This document shows positions 58,821-64,000 of a stretch of DNA of 64,000 nucleotides, one piece after another (within the stretch, counting starts at the first letter, position 1; each line of letters begins with the position of its first letter). The position numbers and the translations under genes were made by a program. The notes under the pieces are model-generated. The model was not told the DNA's origin. It saw nothing but the letters and a program-made list of their open reading frames with translations, and did no database searches. The stretch is from a virus (taxonomy: Duplodnaviria; Heunggongvirae; Uroviricota; Caudoviricetes): IMG/VR virus record IMGVR_UViG_2721755756_000002. The stretch is one strand, 5' to 3'.

Positions 58821-60018
58821 TTCTGACAAAAGTTATCTCCTAGAACAACAGGTACTCTCTATTCTCATGGTAAATGATGAAATGCTGAAAGAGTCTGAAC
58901 TAGATCCAGAGATATTCACGGATATTAGACATCGTAGAATTTACCAAAGTATGAAAGATATTTACAAAAGCAAAGGTATTGTTGATCTTATTGAAGTTGC
59001 AAAAAGAAATGAAGATATTTATAAGCTTCCAGATTATTTGTTTGCGCTTCAAGATCAATACTTTAGCTCAAAAAACTTTTATGCCTATGTCGATGGGTTG
59101 CAAGAAGTATACAAGAGGCGTAAAGCACATGAGATTTTGGCAAAGTGTGATAAAGAAGAAATTACATATGATGAAATGGTCAGTGAAATTTCAAAAGTTG
59201 GTGTTACCTTTGCACAGGAATCTAATGCAACTATGTTAAGCGCAGTGGATATGTATGAGTTAGTCACAACAGATAATGCAAAAATCAAGTTTGTGAGATT
59301 CGCAAGTCTACAAGAAAAAATTGGTTTCATCGAAAATACAATGAATATCATTGCTGCCAGAACATCCGTAGGTAAATCTGCTTTTGCATTGAATTTGATT
59401 GATGATCTATCACGGAATTATAAGTGTTTATACATGAACATGGAAATGACGGAAAAGGAGCTATATCAGAGATTAGTCAGCATTAACAGTGGTGTACCTA
59501 TCAATGAGTTTACGAAAACAAGACAAAACAAAACGTTGAGTAATAAAATCATTCAGGCTATAAACATTGTGCGTAGCAAAAAAATCAAGGTATACAATGG
59601 TTCTAAAAGTATTGATGGTATTAGAAAAATAATTTCAAGAGAATGTAAGGATGGACACTGCATTGTTTTTATAGATTATGTTGGTTATGTGTCAACGAGG
59701 AAACGACAAAATGATAGGGAGCGTGTAGGAGAAGTTACAAGAGAATTACAGATTATGACAAAGGATTTTAACTGCACGATATTTCTTCTCGCCCAAATTA
59801 ACAGGGAAGGAACAGAGGCACCTACTTTAACAAATCTGAAAGATAGCGGTGAGCTAGAGCAGTCTGGACATGCAATACTCTTTCTTCATAATCCTTCAAA
59901 CGACATCAACGATCAGACACCAGAGTATGATTTGATAGTTGCTAAAAACCGTAGTGGCAGGCTTGGAAAATTAAAAATCATGTTCTATAAAGCGATTCAG
60001 AGATTTGAGGTGATGTAG
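58711..60018 (+). CDS. DnaB-like replicative helicase (second copy in the window)
   Basis: DnaB N-terminal domain LSILMVNDEML...; Walker A ARTSVGKSAFAL; Walker B IVFIDYVGY; true start likely internal Met about 58850. Confidence 0.7.
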   Translation: MVLPGLIKDAGRMIILSKMERIVRQIRRLNRNMNYCDSDKSYLLEQQVLSILMVNDEMLKESELDPEIFTDIRHRRIYQSMKDIYKSKGIVDLIEVAKRNEDIYKLPDYLFALQDQYFSSKNFYAYVDGLQEVYKRRKAHEILAKCDKEEITYDEMVSEISKVGVTFAQESNATMLSAVDMYELVTTDNAKIKFVRFASLQEKIGFIENTMNIIAARTSVGKSAFALNLIDDLSRNYKCLYMNMEMTEKELYQRLVSINSGVPINEFTKTRQNKTLSNKIIQAINIVRSKKIKVYNGSKSIDGIRKIISRECKDGHCIVFIDYVGYVSTRKRQNDRERVGEVTRELQIMTKDFNCTIFLLAQINREGTEAPTLTNLKDSGELEQSGHAILFLHNPSNDINDQTPEYDLIVAKNRSGRLGKLKIMFYKAIQRFEVM

Positions 60019-60214
60019 ATGTGGAAAGTTTATGAAATGATAAAATCAGGGGATTTTGATATCGAACTAATAAAAAAGATTCCGCCACAAGAGATAAAAG
60101 AGGCATTGATTGAATTTGCATTAAGCAAAGATAAGTAATCTGTACGTGTAGCGGCGTTATAGCAAGGCGAAAGGTGTTGCCCCTTATCGGTCTCACTTCC
60201 GCCTGTTACACGCC

Positions 60215-60688
60215 ATGGAACAGCCATATGAGGCGCTGATAACGAATCAGAAGGGAGTGAGGGATATGCGGATAGCTAAAAGAGCAGAATTGCTAAAGAG
60301 ATGGGAGCAAGAGCATAAATCGTTCCGAAATGAATTGGCAGAACGGATAGGTATTACTCCGGTAAGCATCAATAATTATTTGAAAATATACACAGGGACG
60401 ATCAAGCAGAAGGAGTTCTGGAAGGTTGCAGGTGAAATGATGGGAGTAGATTTTGAAGCTGAAACTGAAAAACCAAGAAAATATGAGAAGGTTGTATTAC
60501 CACCTTACATTGCAACAACGTTGAAATCAAAAGGCAGGACTGTGATTGAACGCAAGTACATATCACGATATGGGAAAAAGAGAATTACGAACTATTTAAC
60601 TAAACAAGGGTTAAAGTGCAGATTTGTCTTAGCCGGAACTGAAGAAGATCCAACTGATATTTTGGAGATTGCAGCAGATAACAAATGA
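60215..60688 (+). CDS. hypothetical protein (intact homologue of the remnant at 38593-38728)
   Basis: 157 aa; its C-terminus corresponds to the remnant. Confidence 0.5.
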   Translation: MEQPYEALITNQKGVRDMRIAKRAELLKRWEQEHKSFRNELAERIGITPVSINNYLKIYTGTIKQKEFWKVAGEMMGVDFEAETEKPRKYEKVVLPPYIATTLKSKGRTVIERKYISRYGKKRITNYLTKQGLKCRFVLAGTEEDPTDILEIAADNK

Positions 60689-60724
60689 GGAAGGAGAGAG
60701 TTAATCACGGACAATACAAAAATT

Positions 60725-61342
60725 GTGAAAGCGATGGAACGCATTGAAGCGTTATACCATGATACCGGCGGTAAGTGCTATGTATCGTTTAGCGGTGGCA
60801 AAGACAGTACAGTCATACTCGCTCTCATAAAAATGTGCGAGCAGATTTATACACTACCACCAGATTCCATGCCTGCGGTATTTTGTAACACAGGGATAGA
60901 GCTGGGAGCTACGGTTAATTTTGTACGATGGGTAAAGGATAACTATTACTCCAACGTGCAGATTATCAGACCAGACCCTAAAAAGCCATTTGACTGGATA
61001 ATCAAAAACTGTGGGAAACCAATAAAGTCAAAAATGAAGAGCGAAATGCTGCACCGTTGGCATGCCACAAAAAACGAAAAATCGCTCAAATGCCTTGTTG
61101 ATGCAGATAACAAACTAAACAAAACAAAAATAGCGAACAAAGACCTGCACCTAATACATCCTGATTTTGATATCACCGTCAGTCAAAAATGTTGCATGTA
61201 CCTAAAAAAGAAACCATTCGAGAAATACAACAAAGATACCGGCATTAAAGGATTTATAACCGGATTACGATCTGGTGAGGGGCAAGACAGTTACAGGCAG
61301 ATGGAAGAATCAAAAATGGCGGCAGCTTATGCACGACGATGA
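60725..61342 (+). CDS. PAPS-reductase-family (PP-loop ATP pyrophosphatase) protein, N-terminal portion
   Basis: PP-loop SFSGGKDST; GLRSGEG...R motif. Confidence 0.6.
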   Translation: MKAMERIEALYHDTGGKCYVSFSGGKDSTVILALIKMCEQIYTLPPDSMPAVFCNTGIELGATVNFVRWVKDNYYSNVQIIRPDPKKPFDWIIKNCGKPIKSKMKSEMLHRWHATKNEKSLKCLVDADNKLNKTKIANKDLHLIHPDFDITVSQKCCMYLKKKPFEKYNKDTGIKGFITGLRSGEGQDSYRQMEESKMAAAYARR

Positions 61343-61734
61343 GAGGCAAATTAATAAACAAGCTACCAATCATCGACTGGACAGATAAAGACATTGAGGA
61401 CTTTATCAACGAGTATAACGTGCCTTTATCCAAAGCGTATACTGAGCAAGGCTACGAGCGTACAGGATGCTTCCTGTGTCCTTATTCTTTGCACCTTGGG
61501 GATAACTTAATCAAATTGCATAAGTATGAGCCATTGCGCTACAAAGCTGCCATGCATTGGTTAAAGGATGTGTATATAGCGCAAGGTGTAATCCTGCCGT
61601 TTGATGCTGAATACGAAACGGAAAGAGTGAAAAAATGGAATGAAGTTTACTCGCAAATGCGGTATGAAATGCTTTTGAAATACAGACCGCTATCAGCAAA
61701 AAAATATGAAAATGAGCAGCAATGTTTATTTTAA
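61339..61734 (+). CDS. C-terminal portion of the PAPS-reductase-family protein (separate ORF overlapping by ATGA)
   Basis: LPIIDWTDKDI...GYERTGCFLCP corresponds to the conserved C-terminal block of the same family. Confidence 0.5.
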   Translation: MRGKLINKLPIIDWTDKDIEDFINEYNVPLSKAYTEQGYERTGCFLCPYSLHLGDNLIKLHKYEPLRYKAAMHWLKDVYIAQGVILPFDAEYETERVKKWNEVYSQMRYEMLLKYRPLSAKKYENEQQCLF

Positions 61735-61742
61735 ATAAAAAT

Positions 61743-61873
61743 GGTGTCCTCCATCCATATGTTGAGCAAGACAACGACCCTATTTCATGCAGTGGAAAGT
61801 TGATAAAAGGCAAACGCTCAACCAGGTGCGTGCGGGAAAGGAGGGCAGTTTGACGCATGGATGGAGGGCATCA
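61743..61873 (+). promoter_or_regulatory. GC-rich structured leader closed by a 12-nt inverted repeat (cctccatccat / atggatggagg) with nested gttgagc/gctcaac stem
   Basis: visible inverted repeats; local GC much higher than surroundings; 3' arm overlaps the annotated start of the next ORF. Confidence 0.4.
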
Positions 61874-62187
61874 TTACAAAAAGAGAGGAAACTATGAAAG
61901 CATATTGCATGAACGGCAGTGTAATTGATGTTGTAAAAGCCGATAAGTATGTAAAACAAGTAGATGAGAATGCTGCTTATATGGCTGATGTAGGAACATA
62001 TATGCTTATGTTGATACCGTCCGATAAAACTGAAATCGAGTCAGGGCATGAATATATGACTTACAAAATAAACGATGAAATGTATGAATCGTGTTTGACA
62101 AGTAAGCACGATGAGCTTGTAAAATTTTACGGTGGCCAAACATTTCGTAAAAATAGAGCACTACATGAGCAATTAAGTTTATTTTAG
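61861..62187 (+). CDS. hypothetical protein (start likely the internal Met at 61894)
   Basis: RBS AGAGAGGAAACT before ATG 61894. Confidence 0.45.
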   Translation: MEGIITKREETMKAYCMNGSVIDVVKADKYVKQVDENAAYMADVGTYMLMLIPSDKTEIESGHEYMTYKINDEMYESCLTSKHDELVKFYGGQTFRKNRALHEQLSLF

Positions 62188-62202
62188 AAAGCAGGTGAAA
62201 TT

Positions 62203-62499
62203 TTGAAACAAGAAAGCTTATTTGGAAGAGCTGTTGATCTTTCAACAATGAAATATGAAAAAAGAGGAAAAAAGACTATAAAGCAAGCATTCCGTGAAGT
62301 GGCTGGATATAACGATAAACATACATGCGCTGACTGTAAGCATCATCATGCGTATAAACATTGTGGAAGTCGTAAAAGGATTTATCATAAATGTGAAAAA
62401 ATTGGAAATAGCAGCTGTGAATCCACAGATATCCGGTTGAGTGATAGAGCGTGTAAATTTTATGAGTCAGAAGGAAGCGAGAAGAATGGAACGAAGTGA
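62203..62499 (+). CDS. Cys/His-rich small protein (zinc-binding-like)
   Basis: CADCKHHHAYKHCGSRKRIYHKCEKIGNSSCE. Confidence 0.4.
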   Translation: MKQESLFGRAVDLSTMKYEKRGKKTIKQAFREVAGYNDKHTCADCKHHHAYKHCGSRKRIYHKCEKIGNSSCESTDIRLSDRACKFYESEGSEKNGTK

Positions 62500-62845
62500 A
62501 TTAAGGATTGGACAAACCGTGTATATCGAACCGACAGGGAATTCCGCTAGAAACGGCAAAGAAATTATCGAAACCAAAATATCGAAAATCGGAACGAAAT
62601 ACATTGAGACAGAACATTTTGGAAAAAGAACCAAATTTAATATCAGTGATGGCAAGGAAAAAGATACAGGATATGGTTACGGATATGACTATATCTTGTA
62701 CCTTACCAAAAAAGAAATTGAAGATAAAAATGAAAGAGAGGAATTACTTGGGGATTTACGTTATGACTGGTATCGCCTGAATTTAACCCTTGACCAATTA
62801 AGGAGAATAAAGGCGATTATAGATGAGGGGAAGGCTGAACAATGA
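62441..62845 (+). CDS. hypothetical protein
   Basis: 134-aa ORF. Confidence 0.4.
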   Translation: MIERVNFMSQKEARRMERSELRIGQTVYIEPTGNSARNGKEIIETKISKIGTKYIETEHFGKRTKFNISDGKEKDTGYGYGYDYILYLTKKEIEDKNEREELLGDLRYDWYRLNLTLDQLRRIKAIIDEGKAEQ

Positions 62846-63471
62846 AACCTATATTGTTTAACACTGAGATGGTGCAGGCCATTTTACAGGGCAGAAAGAC
62901 AGTAACAAGGCGTATAATCAAAGGATTGCCGCAAGATGCTAAGCGTATTGGATGGTTAACTGATAGTGGCAATGATGAGTCATATGGTGTGGCAATTTTT
63001 GAAATAAATGACAACAGAAAAGATTTTAAAGTACCATGTCTTGTCGGAGATATTTTGTACGTACGTGAAACGTGGCAAAAGTCACCGGCAGGGACATATC
63101 TTTACAAGACCGATAACAACGGTAATCTTTCTAATGGGCATGTCTATAAATGGAGACCATCTATCCACATGCCCAAAGAAGCCGCACGATCATTTTTGCG
63201 AATTACTGATGTACGAATAGAAAGATTACAAAGCATAAGTGGTGATGACTGTTTTCGTGAAGGAGCATTGACATTAAAAACATATCATAATTTTGATGGA
63301 GATATGATGCAATCTTGTGTTCCGTATGATTTTTTTGCGGACACGTGGAATTCGACACTGAAAAAAAATGAGCTAGAACAGTATGGATGGGATGCCAACC
63401 CTTATGTGTGGGTCTATAAATTTGAGGTTATCAGCAAAGAGGAAGCAATGAAGGAGAGTGAAGAAGAATGA
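62842..63471 (+). CDS. phage protein with ASCH/PUA-like N-terminal motif
   Basis: MKPILFNTEMVQAILQGRKTVTRR N-terminus. Confidence 0.4.
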   Translation: MKPILFNTEMVQAILQGRKTVTRRIIKGLPQDAKRIGWLTDSGNDESYGVAIFEINDNRKDFKVPCLVGDILYVRETWQKSPAGTYLYKTDNNGNLSNGHVYKWRPSIHMPKEAARSFLRITDVRIERLQSISGDDCFREGALTLKTYHNFDGDMMQSCVPYDFFADTWNSTLKKNELEQYGWDANPYVWVYKFEVISKEEAMKESEEE

Positions 63472-63923
63472 ACAGAGTGGTATTAGTTGGCAGGCTTACA
63501 AAAGACCCAGTGCTGCGTAAGACTGCAAACGGTGCCAGCGTCACAAGTTTTACATTGGCCTGCACCCGCCGTTTCAAGCAGGAGGGACAGCCGGATGCTG
63601 ATTTCATCAATACGGTTGCCTGGAATAAAACAGCGGATATCGTGCAGCAGTATACACATAAAGGCTCACTGGTCGGCGTGGAAGGAAGAATCCAGACACG
63701 CAGCTATGATGATCAAAGCGGTAAACGCGTTTATGTAACAGAAGTTGTCGCAGACAGTGTACAGTTTCTGGAAAGCAAAAGCGCTGCCGCAAGCAATGCG
63801 AATGCCTATGTACCGGAACAGGGAAGCAATCATGGCTACCAGAGTGACAACGACCAGTCCTATTCCAATGACTTTACAAGCAGCAGTACACTGGATATTG
63901 CAAGTGATGATCTACCATTTTAA
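63468..63923 (+). CDS. ssb: single-stranded DNA-binding protein
   Basis: OB-fold SSB core VVLVGRLTKDP...; acidic C-terminal tail ending DDLPF; notably higher GC than neighbours. Confidence 0.85.
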   Translation: MNRVVLVGRLTKDPVLRKTANGASVTSFTLACTRRFKQEGQPDADFINTVAWNKTADIVQQYTHKGSLVGVEGRIQTRSYDDQSGKRVYVTEVVADSVQFLESKSAAASNANAYVPEQGSNHGYQSDNDQSYSNDFTSSSTLDIASDDLPF

Positions 63924-64000
63924 GGAGGGTGTAAGATGCAGCTATTGATAAAAGATTTAAACATCAGTGGTACTATCAACAATCAGTGGATTATGGATAA

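Noticed and set aside
61735-61895. Assignment of the GC-rich leader to a known riboswitch class (c-di-GMP-I, fluoride, ZTP, preQ1)
   Set aside because: GGCAAAC and AAACGCTC fragments are present, but the defining conserved blocks of each class are absent. It is left as an unclassified structured element.
1-64000. Alternative genetic code (TGA recoding) for the whole element
   Set aside because: Nearly all genes are intact under the standard code. Only one in-frame TGA case was found.
1-64000. CRISPR arrays, transposases/IS elements, reverse transcriptases
   Set aside because: No regularly spaced direct repeats and no transposase or RT motifs were seen in any frame.

Overview
This window is AT-rich DNA (roughly one-third GC by eye) that looks like a Firmicutes temperate phage or prophage. 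Almost every gene is on the + strand and ribosome-binding sites are strong GGAGG-type. No capsid, terminase, tail or lysis genes are visible. The window covers lysogeny, early and replication/recombination regions of what appear to be two related, mosaic phage-derived segments. They meet near 44.3 kb, where a tRNA-like 3' fragment plus terminator sits between two convergent, apparently active tyrosine integrases (42818-44200 + and 44436-45623 -).

Segment A (about 1.9-44.2 kb) contains:
- two leftward XRE-HTH regulators with rightward sigma-70-like promoters carrying palindromic operators;
- a roughly 13-kb island of small early ORFs, including a Lar-family anti-restriction protein and an array of 'NKYQxAL' paralogues, one of them frameshifted at an A7 run;
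- an internal tyrosine recombinase next to a degenerate recombinase-like gene;
- an SSB-like protein and an AAA_24/Sak4-like ATPase;
- a membrane-anchored 3D-domain protein and a dNMP kinase;
- DnaB-like helicase, DnaG primase, a UvrD-like helicase, a Cas4-like PD-(D/E)XK nuclease, Nudix, SPFH and an Rnl2-like ligase;
- a 1107-aa DnaE-type Pol III alpha, a RuvC-like resolvase, a C5-cytosine methyltransferase, a standalone Pnk-like kinase, and a nucleotidyltransferase-like protein.

Segment B (about 44.4-64 kb) contains:
- integrase, lipoprotein, a CI-like (HTH + S24) repressor, a Cro-like protein and an antirepressor;
- an SbcC/Rad50-like zinc-hook ATPase, RecT, an MBL-fold nuclease and RusA;
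- a DnaD-like organiser and a DnaB-like helicase;
- a PAPS-reductase-like protein split over two ORFs, and a higher-GC canonical SSB.

The features most worth a second look are:
- a ~550-bp near-identical duplication (38.05-38.6 kb and 57.45-58.0 kb) with an adjacent decayed gene remnant, pointing to recent exchange between the two segments;
- an in-frame TGA separating a TM/coiled-coil ORF from a 3D domain;
- GC-rich structured leaders at 60.1 kb and 61.7 kb;
- a helicase-nuclease-SPFH-ligase cluster;
- a Pnk + ligase + nucleotidyltransferase combination that could be an RNA-repair counter-defence.

All functional calls are from motif recognition by eye. No database search was run.
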